Shown one piece after another: positions 1-9,912 of a stretch of DNA of 24,292 nucleotides (position 1 is its first letter; the number at the start of each line of letters is the position of its first letter). Source of the stretch: a virus (Duplodnaviria; Caudoviricetes). Where the stretch lies: positions 1 to 24,292 of the IMG/VR virus record IMGVR_UViG_3300008113_000787. The stretch is one strand, 5' to 3'. The notes below the pieces were generated by a model. It was not told the origin of the DNA. It saw only the letters and a list, made by a program, of their open reading frames with translations, and searched no databases. The position numbers and the translations under genes were made by a program.

Positions 1-248
1 AATTGATTAAGTGAACCAGAATCACCAGTCCACAAACCAGTTGTTACAACTTCTACTTTAGCGTTTACTTTATCAAAGTCACCAAATCTTTTGTACACAC
101 CAGTTGTAAAACCGGCATTAGTTGCGATTTGCTGACCAGCTGGTAGCACACTATTAAGAAGTGTTACTAATTGGTTTGAATCAATTGTACCCGTATTAGC
201 TAAATCCCTAATTTGGGCGGTTATGTTTGGATCTGTAATTAATGCCAT
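1..248 (-). CDS. Virion structural protein, baseplate/tail module (3'-truncated by window edge)
   Basis: Not in the ORF track. ATG at 248-246, open to the window edge: MALITDPNITAQIRDLANTGTIDSNQLVTLLNSVLPAGQQIATNAGFTTGVYKRFGDFDKVNAKVEVVTTGLWTGDSGSLNQ. Starts 14 nt after the stop of 263..889; function inferred from context only. Confidence 0.75.
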   Translation of the reverse strand, partial: MALITDPNITAQIRDLANTGTIDSNQLVTLLNSVLPAGQQIATNAGFTTGVYKRFGDFDKVNAKVEVVTTGLWTGDSGSLNQ

Positions 249-262
249 TTTATATATCTATT

Positions 263-889
263 TTATGCTTTATAAGTTACTGTTACAGGGATTGTTTGAG
301 AACCTCCAGTTTCATTTCCATAAACAGTAATAGTTGTTGCAATATCAATTGTTAAGTTTGGATTAGGAGTAAAGTTAAATCTCTTACCACTTACAACTTG
401 TGCAGTTGTTGTAATTTCTTCTCCTAAGAATACAGGCACAGTTCCGTTTCCAGCTGTTGCTCCTTCTGTTGCAACAATTGTTCCTGCTCTTTGGTCTGCT
501 AATACTACAGTGTAACCAGCACTTGAGTTACCAGTTGGTGTAGTTGTTGGTGTTAATGGAACAACACCTTCGTTTTGATTTACAGCTATTTGAGGATATC
601 CCAATCTTACGGTTGGAATTTGTGTAGTTCCTTTTGGAAGAGTCACCAATTTATATCTCAATACTTGAGTTTCATCAGGTGATGCTTCAGTTACAGGAAT
701 AGCTCTAATTGCTGAATCGTAATAAGCTGAACCCTTTGGGTGAGCTGGTTCGTAAAGTGTATAATCAATTTCGTCATCTCCCAAAGCGAATTTGGTGATG
801 TTAAGAGATTGACCGGATGCTAGTTTTTGTCTACCTTTTTTGGTAAGGATTGCATCTACGGTAATTTCGGTATTATCTAAATATGCCAT
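263..889 (-). CDS. Baseplate wedge / tail-fibre attachment-type structural protein
   Basis: 208 aa; N-terminal ILTKKGRQKLA...ITKFALGDD resembles the 'LTxxGxxxLA...xTxxAxGD' start of myovirus tail-collar/fibre-attachment domains; beta-rich C-terminus; directly downstream of baseplate genes. Confidence 0.65.
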   Translation of the reverse strand: MAYLDNTEITVDAILTKKGRQKLASGQSLNITKFALGDDEIDYTLYEPAHPKGSAYYDSAIRAIPVTEASPDETQVLRYKLVTLPKGTTQIPTVRLGYPQIAVNQNEGVVPLTPTTTPTGNSSAGYTVVLADQRAGTIVATEGATAGNGTVPVFLGEEITTTAQVVSGKRFNFTPNPNLTIDIATTITVYGNETGGSQTIPVTVTYKA

Positions 890-920
890 TTGATATTGTT
901 TTTTAATGCTTTATTTCTAA

Positions 921-929
921 AATAAATAT
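921..929 (-). promoter_or_regulatory. Candidate late-promoter motif, variant ATATTTATT
   Basis: 8/9 match to the recurrent motif, 31 nt upstream of the ATG at 889. Confidence 0.45.
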
Positions 930-950
930 AACCATTTAGTATTTTCAATC

Positions 951-3900
951 TTAATCAACTTCAAGTATTGGTTCACCACTACCTCTACCAGTCTTAGCCA
1001 CTCTAAGAATGTTAGGATTTGTTGTAAATGTTTCTACTGGAGATAATCCGTCCGGCGTTGTTGCTGCTGTTTGCTGCGAACCTTTCCAAAATGAACGTAT
1101 CATACCTTCTGCCAAATTATTTTTAAATTTATAGTGAGATGGTAAGTAACCATTTACTGATTGTACCTCAACTACATCATTTCCTATTTGAACACTTCCA
1201 CTAAAAGGTAAAGTTGACACTCTATATTTGTATTTTGTAACAGGTTGTTTTTTATATTTTACTTGGTCTCCCGGTTGGTATCCAGAAACAGGATATCCAG
1301 ATATTTGCTCATTAACAAATTCTGTATATTGCTCTTTTACTAAGAATATAGATTTTCTACTTCCCGTAAGTTGACAATTTCCAAACACTCCTTCCCAATT
1401 TCTTACAATACCATTACCTTTCTTTGCATACAAACCAAATCCCGCATTTGCTAAAGAATCTTTTTCCATTCCAATTTGTGTAGAAGTAAATACATCCACA
1501 CTTCCCAACAATGTTTCACCCAATGGGAATGTAATATTAATTGAGCCTGTATTTGGATATGTAGGATATGCAGTTTCAATTAAATTATCAAAACTATAAT
1601 TTATTTTAGAATCATAGGTTGGATTTGTACTTTCTAAGATTACTATATTATTTGCATCAACCGATGTATCATAATTTGGTAAATCAACTAAAAATGATGT
1701 TACTTCTTCATTATTAATAAAAGCATTCTTTACTGAATATTCTAATTCAATTTGATTATCATCTGCTGTATTTATTTTTGTTTCGTAGTCATTTCTTAAA
1801 GATTCCGGTTTACTCCATTTAGTTTTACTTCTTTCCAAATAGTGAGGTTCAATTAATAAACCTTTAGATATTTTTGCTCTAGCTGGTGCTAAATCAGCAA
1901 GAACTTCAAATAAAGATTTATCAATGTATTTTATTAATCTAATATATTCGTAAATGTCTCTGTTTTCAAGTCTTTCAAAATAGTAACTTCTTAAATCATC
2001 TAAAGTTTTATATCTATCTCTATAATCATCCGATGGGTCACCTATATAGTTATCAATATTAAAATCACCAAACGCTTTTAATATATCCATATTCAACTCC
2101 TTAATTGGAGAGAAAAATAATCCTAAACGAGATGAATCAATAGGGGCTTGGTCAAAAGATTTTTTAGTTGCTCTTGTTTTATAAGAAAGGTCAGTTACTA
2201 ATGATGCGGATTCAAAACGAATTTTATTTGAATATGTAAATCCTAAAGATGGAACTGTTGCTGTTACAGTTCTATCGTATGGTGTATATTGATATGGATA
2301 TGTTGATGCAGAATACATCATACTTGCTGATGCGAACTTAACATCATAGCTTGTATTTATAGATACGTTTTTAATACCAATATCAGATGTTCTATCTTTT
2401 GGATATTCAAAATCTAAACGGAATACTAAATCAGCGGTCGATGCTGTATATGAGTTTCCATTTATTGCGTCTGGAAATAATGTATGGTTTTCAAATTTAC
2501 TTCTTAACAATGGTGTTTTCCATAAACGGAATTCATCCACATTACCTTCATAGTTATTTCCACCAATTTGTAAGAATGAACCAGTTTCCCATTCGGTATC
2601 ATCTGTTTGTAAAGACATACTAACAAATGTTGTAATTCTTGTACCATTTGTAGTTGCATATAATACTTCAAACCACGAAGAGGAATCTGGATTATTATGT
2701 CTATTAATTAAAACATTTGAATAGTATTCAGTTGAAACAGGAAAATGTAAACTTCCAGTTTTATAATCAGGTCCATATGCATAAGGTTCATCATTTATAT
2801 ATTCAATATAAACAGTTGAAACAAATGGAGAACCACTTACAAATGGTTCATCAAAGTATGTACTTGTTGATTTATCACCACCAAAGTTTAATTCTAATTT
2901 AGCAAATGAACCGGTAGTTTTTACTAAATCCAAACTCCACTCACTACCTGATATTAGAGTGTATATTGGATTTGGTGTATATGTTGGTTTAATTCTAAAT
3001 TCAACTGCATTTGGGTAATCTCCAAAGCCAGTAATAGTTTTCCAAGGTATTTTTACATTTGCATCATCTTTTAAATAAATTGCTGCTGTTCTATCATCAA
3101 ATGTAAATTGAGATGATGCACCTTTAGTTGGGTCTTGCGGTCCACCAAATTCCATAATCGTTAACATGGATTGTGGTACACCATAACAAGCCATTACAGC
3201 TTTCATTGCTCTTGCTGTACCTTTATGTTTTAACAAATATGGTAAGTTATTTAAAATTCTTCTCCACACTTCGTTATTGGCATCCTCTAAACTTCTTCCA
3301 TATTTATAACCACCTTCTTTTGATGTTCCTAAAACATATTCCCACAAAAATTGAGAATCAAATGCTCTTTTACCTTTCCAACCCAACGAATCCAACATTT
3401 GATATACCATAGCATTTGATATACCAACATCTTGCTTATGTTCTAAATTTTTATTTGCTTTTAATGCGTTTATATAACACCACAATATATCAAAGTGTTG
3501 ACCAACCATATCTAAGAATAACAAAAATTCTGCATTTTGATAGTCTTCGATAATATGTTCAGGCATATTGTTTTTCATAGAGTGTGGATTATCCACATCA
3601 TAAATTGCTCCAGAGTTTGAAGCAAAATCTAGCCAACTTTGAGCTTGAGAAGTTTGCCATCCTCTAACAACTCTAAAAACAACTCCGTTTGGTGCTATAT
3701 AATTTTCTTTTGGAAATGCTAAATAATGCTCTGTTTTGTATAGCCATTTTTCAAATCCATCGAAACTTTTTATTAAATTATTAATTTTATTAGCTAAGGA
3801 TTCCAGTTCTTCAGTTTGTGATAATCCTTGCTGTAAATAAACTTCCCAATTTAATGAATATAATGCATCTTCAGTTTGTATTTCTTCATTACCATCTATT

Positions 3901-6215
3901 TCGGGAGTACCAGCGCCACCAACATCTTCAGTCAATAATGCAGCTTGCAAATATTCATAAGGTGGTGTAAAAGTTTCTGCATAAAGAGTTTTATATTTTA
4001 TTGTTAAATTTTCTAAAACTTTTAATTTATAAAAGAAATTATTAACTCTTTCTTCAGCCGAACCAAAGTGTACATAGTTATCCCACACATAATCAGAACC
4101 ACTTACATATTGAATGTTTAATTTTTCTGTATCAATTGTGTTTTGTTCTGCGAATTTATTAATTAATTCTGCGGATGTATTAGAACCGCTTGCTATTAAT
4201 TCATCAAAAACTTTAAATCCAATCCCATTATCAGGCTCTAATGAAAAATTAGGTCCTTTTAATGGTGGGCAATAAGAAGTATCAACGCCACTTATTGTGA
4301 TTGTTTCTACAATAGGATTTGCTTGTAATTTTGAAATCCAAACTTGTTGGTTTGGTTGTACCGAGGTTGGTAATGGTTCGTATAGTTTTAAAATTAAAGA
4401 ACCTTTATGTCCTGTCCAAGTAGTAATTACTTTATTATCACCTCCACCTAAATGTAATAAGTGAGTTAAATATTTAGATGTATCTATGTTAAATACACTA
4501 TCATTAAATTGATTAATAAATCCTTCAATAATTCTATTGATAGCTAAATCTCTAGGTATTGTTAAATCACCTTTATCAAACTTAATAGTAATTATTTCTT
4601 CTTTTCCAGTTACTACTTCGTTTCCTTCTTCATTATAAGGTACTAATTTTAAAACAACAGATATTTTATCTACATCATCAAAATTTGATGAACCATCTAG
4701 TAATAAAAGTTGTTCAAAATTTAAATCAATTTTTCCACTAGGTGCAGCTTTTATAAATTTATCAGTTCCTACTTTATAAATTCTTACATAATCAGTATTT
4801 ACCGAATCGTATGATATTGAAAAATCAACATTTGTACCTACATAATCAGGTCCAAATAATTCAGATGGATATGTTATATTTCTTATATCAGGAACACCAA
4901 CATAAAATTCATCAACAACATTAATTGTTAATTCTAAAAACTCACCATCTCCTCTTGTATTAGATGGTAAAAGTAAAACCTTATATGCTCCTAATCTAGT
5001 AAAATTGTTAGATGGTATAGAAATTATAAATTCATTTGTTTGTGGTACATTGAACTCTATTTCTTTTTCATTTATATAAACTTTTAAATTAGAAACAGTT
5101 GTAAGTTTTCTTAATCCAATTGGTATATCTGAATTAGAATTTATATTATACTCTCTGCTTGTTTCCGAATTAATAAATTCTAATTTTGCAAAATCATCTA
5201 ATTGTACAACAGGCACTTCTTCTACAACTAAATTTATAATATCTCCAGCTGCAGGTGAATACGTTAAACTTAAACTTTCTGTTGGTAATGCAGTTTTATC
5301 TTCATTAAAATTATTAATTGTAGAAATGTATTGTAAAGAAGAAATCCTATATGTTCTATTTGTTGCCTTTAAAATATATGTTGTATTAGTATCTAATGAT
5401 AATTCATTTGTACCAACTGATAAATTTAATGGCGTTCTTCTAATTGATATCCCAGATGGTGCTATTTCAGCAGAACCATCTATACCTTTTAAATTTATTT
5501 TAACATTTACAAAATTATCCACCGGCGGAGTATCAATTGGTGGTGTATCTTTTGGTATTTCTTTTGTTACTTTTGTAAATTCTAATATTTTTAATAACGA
5601 ATCTATATTATATGGATATTCTTCAATAGTATTTTCATCACTATAATATAAAATCTTAACTGTCCATAATGGTGTATTAGAGTATGCAATATTTGAGTTT
5701 GATATATCAATAATTCCTCTATTTGCATATCCAAATAAACTATCAAACGGATTTATATTTAAATTTAAATTAAAATTTGGATTTTCAACAACTGTAATTA
5801 CAAATTTTTCTTTTGATGTATAACCTAATTTTTCTAATGTAACTTCAATAGGGTTTACTAAAATTTCACTTATTTTTTTAGAAAATGTATGTGGCGTTGT
5901 TTGAAATGTATTTTCTTTATTAAAAAATACAGAAGCTCCTTCAATATTAGATGAAACTCTAAATCTATAAAAAATATCAGATGTTGCCGTACCACTTTGC
6001 TCTGTAATTGGAAGGTATCCTAAATTAGTTGATTCTCCTTTTGGTGATGTGATAACAGTATCGGTTGTATATGGTACAGCTACTCCGGTAAAATTATAGT
6101 TATCTCCACCCACCACACTTGGGCCGGCAAATCCAGATCCGCCACCAAAAGAAACACCGTTTCTAAATGGTACTGCATCATCTAAGAGATAACTATTGAA
6201 TTCCTTTTCTATCAT
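951..6215 (-). CDS. Large baseplate wedge/tail protein (P2 gpI / T4 gp7-like motif, LamG/ConA-like domain)
   Basis: 1754 aa; FLDMVGQHFD...NNLPYLLKHKGTARAMKAVMACYG matches the 'xxKGT' wedge motif of P2 gpI/T4 gp7-type proteins; LQIGGNNYEGNVDEFRLW is a LamG-like signature; N-terminal VSSNIEGASVFFN...TTP is PEGA-like. Confidence 0.7.
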   Translation of the reverse strand: MIEKEFNSYLLDDAVPFRNGVSFGGGSGFAGPSVVGGDNYNFTGVAVPYTTDTVITSPKGESTNLGYLPITEQSGTATSDIFYRFRVSSNIEGASVFFNKENTFQTTPHTFSKKISEILVNPIEVTLEKLGYTSKEKFVITVVENPNFNLNLNINPFDSLFGYANRGIIDISNSNIAYSNTPLWTVKILYYSDENTIEEYPYNIDSLLKILEFTKVTKEIPKDTPPIDTPPVDNFVNVKINLKGIDGSAEIAPSGISIRRTPLNLSVGTNELSLDTNTTYILKATNRTYRISSLQYISTINNFNEDKTALPTESLSLTYSPAAGDIINLVVEEVPVVQLDDFAKLEFINSETSREYNINSNSDIPIGLRKLTTVSNLKVYINEKEIEFNVPQTNEFIISIPSNNFTRLGAYKVLLLPSNTRGDGEFLELTINVVDEFYVGVPDIRNITYPSELFGPDYVGTNVDFSISYDSVNTDYVRIYKVGTDKFIKAAPSGKIDLNFEQLLLLDGSSNFDDVDKISVVLKLVPYNEEGNEVVTGKEEIITIKFDKGDLTIPRDLAINRIIEGFINQFNDSVFNIDTSKYLTHLLHLGGGDNKVITTWTGHKGSLILKLYEPLPTSVQPNQQVWISKLQANPIVETITISGVDTSYCPPLKGPNFSLEPDNGIGFKVFDELIASGSNTSAELINKFAEQNTIDTEKLNIQYVSGSDYVWDNYVHFGSAEERVNNFFYKLKVLENLTIKYKTLYAETFTPPYEYLQAALLTEDVGGAGTPEIDGNEEIQTEDALYSLNWEVYLQQGLSQTEELESLANKINNLIKSFDGFEKWLYKTEHYLAFPKENYIAPNGVVFRVVRGWQTSQAQSWLDFASNSGAIYDVDNPHSMKNNMPEHIIEDYQNAEFLLFLDMVGQHFDILWCYINALKANKNLEHKQDVGISNAMVYQMLDSLGWKGKRAFDSQFLWEYVLGTSKEGGYKYGRSLEDANNEVWRRILNNLPYLLKHKGTARAMKAVMACYGVPQSMLTIMEFGGPQDPTKGASSQFTFDDRTAAIYLKDDANVKIPWKTITGFGDYPNAVEFRIKPTYTPNPIYTLISGSEWSLDLVKTTGSFAKLELNFGGDKSTSTYFDEPFVSGSPFVSTVYIEYINDEPYAYGPDYKTGSLHFPVSTEYYSNVLINRHNNPDSSSWFEVLYATTNGTRITTFVSMSLQTDDTEWETGSFLQIGGNNYEGNVDEFRLWKTPLLRSKFENHTLFPDAINGNSYTASTADLVFRLDFEYPKDRTSDIGIKNVSINTSYDVKFASASMMYSASTYPYQYTPYDRTVTATVPSLGFTYSNKIRFESASLVTDLSYKTRATKKSFDQAPIDSSRLGLFFSPIKELNMDILKAFGDFNIDNYIGDPSDDYRDRYKTLDDLRSYYFERLENRDIYEYIRLIKYIDKSLFEVLADLAPARAKISKGLLIEPHYLERSKTKWSKPESLRNDYETKINTADDNQIELEYSVKNAFINNEEVTSFLVDLPNYDTSVDANNIVILESTNPTYDSKINYSFDNLIETAYPTYPNTGSINITFPLGETLLGSVDVFTSTQIGMEKDSLANAGFGLYAKKGNGIVRNWEGVFGNCQLTGSRKSIFLVKEQYTEFVNEQISGYPVSGYQPGDQVKYKKQPVTKYKYRVSTLPFSGSVQIGNDVVEVQSVNGYLPSHYKFKNNLAEGMIRSFWKGSQQTAATTPDGLSPVETFTTNPNILRVAKTGRGSGEPILEVD

Positions 6216-6224
6216 TATAATTTT

Positions 6225-7799
6225 TTATAAATCATTTGTTGTTCTTATTTCTTCAATAACTACTTCACCAGAAGGATTTTCATATTCTACTGTTCTTGTT
6301 TTTACCGAAGAACCCCCACTCATATATTTTACAGGTTCTTCATCACCACCCATTGCTCTTTTTGGATTTGTTGTAATAACAATTGGAGTATCACTTGATG
6401 GTTTTGGAACTTCAACCACCGGCAATGGTATCTCAACAGCAGGAACTGGTGTTTCTAATTGTGGAGTTAAAATTATTGGTGGTGGTGAGTCTGTCTCAAT
6501 TAATATTGGTATTTCTTTTTTTGCAACATAAATTGGTTCTTCCTCCCTAGCCGGCGGAAAATATACTTGTATATCTCCTGCAGGAGTTGATATTATCGGT
6601 GGTGGTGAATCTTCTTCAATTATTATTGGTATTTGTTTTTTAGGAACAGGTACCTCTATAACAACTGGGTCAGGCTCATAATATGGTGGTGATTCAATAG
6701 GAGTTTCGATTGGAATATCAATCACTGGTGGTGGGTCATCCACTTCTACCGGATTGGGTAATTCCTTTTTAAGCTTTCTTTTGAACTCTAATAATTTATC
6801 AGAAATTTCTGGCTTTTCTATCTTAACAATTTTTTTCTCAGGCATTGAAGTATCTACTTTTGTACTTGCAGTATATCTCTTTAGTACATTAGTTACGTCA
6901 TCCATACTAGCATCTGTTTGCGATTTGAATGTTGCTGTTTTCTTAACCTCTAATCTAGTAAGATAAAAATCAGTTGCGTTTGCTAATAATTGTTTACAAA
7001 TTTCTTTTACTTCATTTTTAGATAAATCAAGTTTTGGTTTTGCTTTAGATGGTTTTCCATAATTTAAACTACCAACAATTGAATTTCTATTAGTAAAAGC
7101 ATAGGTTGCAGATTCTATAAATTTTTTATATATATCGTTTACTAATACATCAAAATTTTTTATTTTATATTCAGATTTTAATTTTTCAAGCCAAGCGTCA
7201 CTATATTTTGATTTAATAAATTCTTGAATTTTAGATGGGGTAATTTGTTCTATAAAAATAAATGCAGCATTAATTACATCATCTCTAAAATGTTGATTTG
7301 CCACAAACATATTATATCTTTTCTCTAACTCTGGGTTACTATAAGATGCGTTTCTTATTGGAAAAAGTCTTACCTCAGTTCTTGAAGGTGAGATTTCTGA
7401 AATCCATAATTTGTTTTGGTTTTCATTACTTCCTACTCTTTTATTTATTAAAGTAATTTGTGTTTTAAAAATACCATTATCATACCCAGATTCTCTTAAA
7501 ATTCTTTCCACATCTACAAAATATTCAGATGGGAATTGGTTTTGCTGAAACAACGTACCTTCTGCTATTAAAAAATAATCTGCAATATTCTCTGTTGTCA
7601 TAGGAATATACCTTACTAACTCATCATTAATTTGTGGTAATTGATTATCGTTTATATCATATACTACAAATTCAATAGCATCACTTTCACCAAATCCAAA
7701 AAATGTCTGAAGATTTCCTTCTTCAAAAATTTTTCTATCTTTTGAATTTATACGATAGCCTTTGTTATTGATAATATCTTTAAAAGTTTTTAATGCCAT
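6225..7799 (-). CDS. Hypothetical virion protein with Pro/Ile/Glu-rich C-terminal tail
   Basis: 524 aa ORF within the baseplate operon; globular N-terminus (LWISEISPSRTEVRL) and low-complexity proline-rich C-terminal ~170 aa. Confidence 0.7.
   Translation of the reverse strand: MALKTFKDIINNKGYRINSKDRKIFEEGNLQTFFGFGESDAIEFVVYDINDNQLPQINDELVRYIPMTTENIADYFLIAEGTLFQQNQFPSEYFVDVERILRESGYDNGIFKTQITLINKRVGSNENQNKLWISEISPSRTEVRLFPIRNASYSNPELEKRYNMFVANQHFRDDVINAAFIFIEQITPSKIQEFIKSKYSDAWLEKLKSEYKIKNFDVLVNDIYKKFIESATYAFTNRNSIVGSLNYGKPSKAKPKLDLSKNEVKEICKQLLANATDFYLTRLEVKKTATFKSQTDASMDDVTNVLKRYTASTKVDTSMPEKKIVKIEKPEISDKLLEFKRKLKKELPNPVEVDDPPPVIDIPIETPIESPPYYEPDPVVIEVPVPKKQIPIIIEEDSPPPIISTPAGDIQVYFPPAREEEPIYVAKKEIPILIETDSPPPIILTPQLETPVPAVEIPLPVVEVPKPSSDTPIVITTNPKRAMGGDEEPVKYMSGGSSVKTRTVEYENPSGEVVIEEIRTTNDL
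6463..6642. repeat. Imperfect 60-nt direct repeat, 120-nt period, inside the Pro-rich tail
   Basis: 6463-6522 and 6583-6642 encode KKEIPILIETDSPPPIILTP and KKQIPIIIEEDSPPPIISTP. Confidence 0.85.
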
Positions 7800-7810
7800 T
7801 TTTATTTATT

Positions 7811-8824
7811 TTAACCCCATTGGTCTCCTCTTTGTTTTTGTAAAGCAACAGGAATATTAAGTGTACCAACTGCTGATTTTAAAATAAGATTGCCATTATA
7901 TTCAGTATCACCAATTAATCCAAATCCTGCGCTAGGGCTAAATCCGTCTACTTTACTATCTATTGTTTCAACTTTAAGTCCTTTATTTTCACCAGGTTGT
8001 AATGTAATAGAAGGTATTGGTTTAAATATACCCTTTATATCTCCATCTTGGGTAAACGATATAGTTACGGGTTTTTTTGTAAAATTAGAAACTCTAAGCT
8101 CAGGACCATTAATAAATCTACCCCTACCATCATCTTTAGCTCTACCTCTAAACGTTAAATCAGGATATTGTTTATCCGATATATTAACAACTTTTGCTGC
8201 GAAATCATCTGATACTTTAAATCCTTCTTGTATTTTTGCAGCTTTTCCAAATAATTCTTCTCTTAGTGCTTCAATTTGTTTTTCCAATGATTGATTAATT
8301 GCAAATAAAGATGCTCTTTGTATTGATTCAGCTGTTGCTTTTTGTATAGAATTTTGTAACTCCACAATTGTGCTTGACACTTTTGAATTTGCTTGTTGTG
8401 TTTGATTTTCAGCAACAGCTACTATTAATTCTTTACCATCAATTTCTACTCTTAAACTTTGACTTACTATTTCTAATTCTTTTACTTTTGCTCTTAAATC
8501 TAATATATTAGCATTTAGTTGTGTAATTATAACATCTCTATTAGCTATTTCTTGAAGTGCCGCATCATACAAACTTTTTAAAACCATTTCCGGCAAAACA
8601 GGTGGTTCTACCGGAATCAATTCTATAATCGTTGTATCAATTGATTTTAATAGTTCTGATTCTTTGTATTTTGGTTTTGTCAATACTCCAGCAACAATAC
8701 CATCATCTACAACAGATCCACTAAATACATGGACACCAAAATTGTTTTTAGTTTTAATGGCTAAAGAACCACTAACTAAAATTTCACCAACTTTTTCTTC
8801 ATTTCTTAGACCTGTTTTAATCAT
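7811..8824 (-). CDS. Hypothetical structural protein: central coiled coil plus C-terminal Ig-like beta domain
   Basis: 337 aa; heptad-like helix from LQEIANRD to LFGKAAKI; C-terminal LRVSNFTKKPVTISF...ITLQPGENKGLKV is Ig-like. Confidence 0.65.
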   Translation of the reverse strand: MIKTGLRNEEKVGEILVSGSLAIKTKNNFGVHVFSGSVVDDGIVAGVLTKPKYKESELLKSIDTTIIELIPVEPPVLPEMVLKSLYDAALQEIANRDVIITQLNANILDLRAKVKELEIVSQSLRVEIDGKELIVAVAENQTQQANSKVSSTIVELQNSIQKATAESIQRASLFAINQSLEKQIEALREELFGKAAKIQEGFKVSDDFAAKVVNISDKQYPDLTFRGRAKDDGRGRFINGPELRVSNFTKKPVTISFTQDGDIKGIFKPIPSITLQPGENKGLKVETIDSKVDGFSPSAGFGLIGDTEYNGNLILKSAVGTLNIPVALQKQRGDQWG

Positions 8825-8826
8825 TT

Positions 8827-9912
8827 TTAATTATTAACAAGTTTAAACGTTATATCATCATCAAAATATTGCACATCACCATCATTTTCAACTTTAAATT
8901 CAATTTTGTAAACTCTGTTTGATTCCCAATTTGAAAAATTTGGTTTTATAAAATTACCATTAGAATCACAACTTATTTTTGAGTAGTTTCCAAATGGTAT
9001 AATAATATCATTAGATTCAAAATCTCTTATTTGATAATACGATGTGATTGGTAAATATTTTGTAGTATTATATGAAAAAGAATTACTAAATGTTCTTAAA
9101 GGATACAATTCTCTAGCAAATATAGATAGTTTAGGTTCTGACCCTACTTTGTATTCTTTTTTTAAATTGGTAACTCCTATTTTAATATCGTTTGCTGTAA
9201 GTTCGTTTAAAGAACCTGTTGTATAAGTTTGCGAATCCCACCCAATTCTAATTTTTGGTTGGTATATTGTATGAGTTTCTTTACTGAACAATTTAATAAT
9301 ACCATAATCAGCTGTATTTGATTCTACATCATTTGAATTATCAAAATTTGCATATTTTAATATAAATCCATCATTTGGTTTTGAACCACTCATCCAAACC
9401 TGTAAAAGTGATTTAACATCCATTTCAATATCTGCTGATTGGTAATCAAAATTTTGTGATGCTCCATGCTGAGTCCACCAAGTTCCACCACCACCATTAT
9501 TTTGGCTTGCTGTTGTATATGAATTAAAATTATTTTCTAACCATTCTAATTTACTATCACCTTCTCTATAATTCCAAGTTACCCCTTGAGTTGAAATATT
9601 ATCAAATCTAGTTCCTTTACCCATTTCCCAACTTCCACTCAAAGGTGATGCATAAATTGTATATTTTAATGCAATTTCTTCAGTTTCAGTTTCTTTAAGT
9701 AATAATTTTGCATCACTCATTTTTATAGACGTATCTGATAAAGATGCTGATAGATATCCTAATTCAAATTTTATTAAAGCATGGGATACATCTTTTATGT
9801 TTCCATAATATACTTTACTTATTTCCAAAATTTCATCTAAACCAGTATTCTGATTAGGTTGTTGGAGATATATCGTTGCATCTTTTGATGCTGTTAAAAA
9901 ATAGTATGCCAT
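8827..9912 (-). CDS. Baseplate-associated protein, DNRLRE/carbohydrate-binding-like beta-sandwich
   Basis: 361 aa; KDATIY...NTGLDEILEI, ALIKF, AKLLL, SWEMG, VTWN, MDVKSLLQVW...NDGFILK, PKIRI follow the DNRLRE-type domain pattern; TAATG overlap with the upstream gp6-like gene. Confidence 0.55.
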   Translation of the reverse strand: MAYYFLTASKDATIYLQQPNQNTGLDEILEISKVYYGNIKDVSHALIKFELGYLSASLSDTSIKMSDAKLLLKETETEEIALKYTIYASPLSGSWEMGKGTRFDNISTQGVTWNYREGDSKLEWLENNFNSYTTASQNNGGGGTWWTQHGASQNFDYQSADIEMDVKSLLQVWMSGSKPNDGFILKYANFDNSNDVESNTADYGIIKLFSKETHTIYQPKIRIGWDSQTYTTGSLNELTANDIKIGVTNLKKEYKVGSEPKLSIFARELYPLRTFSNSFSYNTTKYLPITSYYQIRDFESNDIIIPFGNYSKISCDSNGNFIKPNFSNWESNRVYKIEFKVENDGDVQYFDDDITFKLVNN

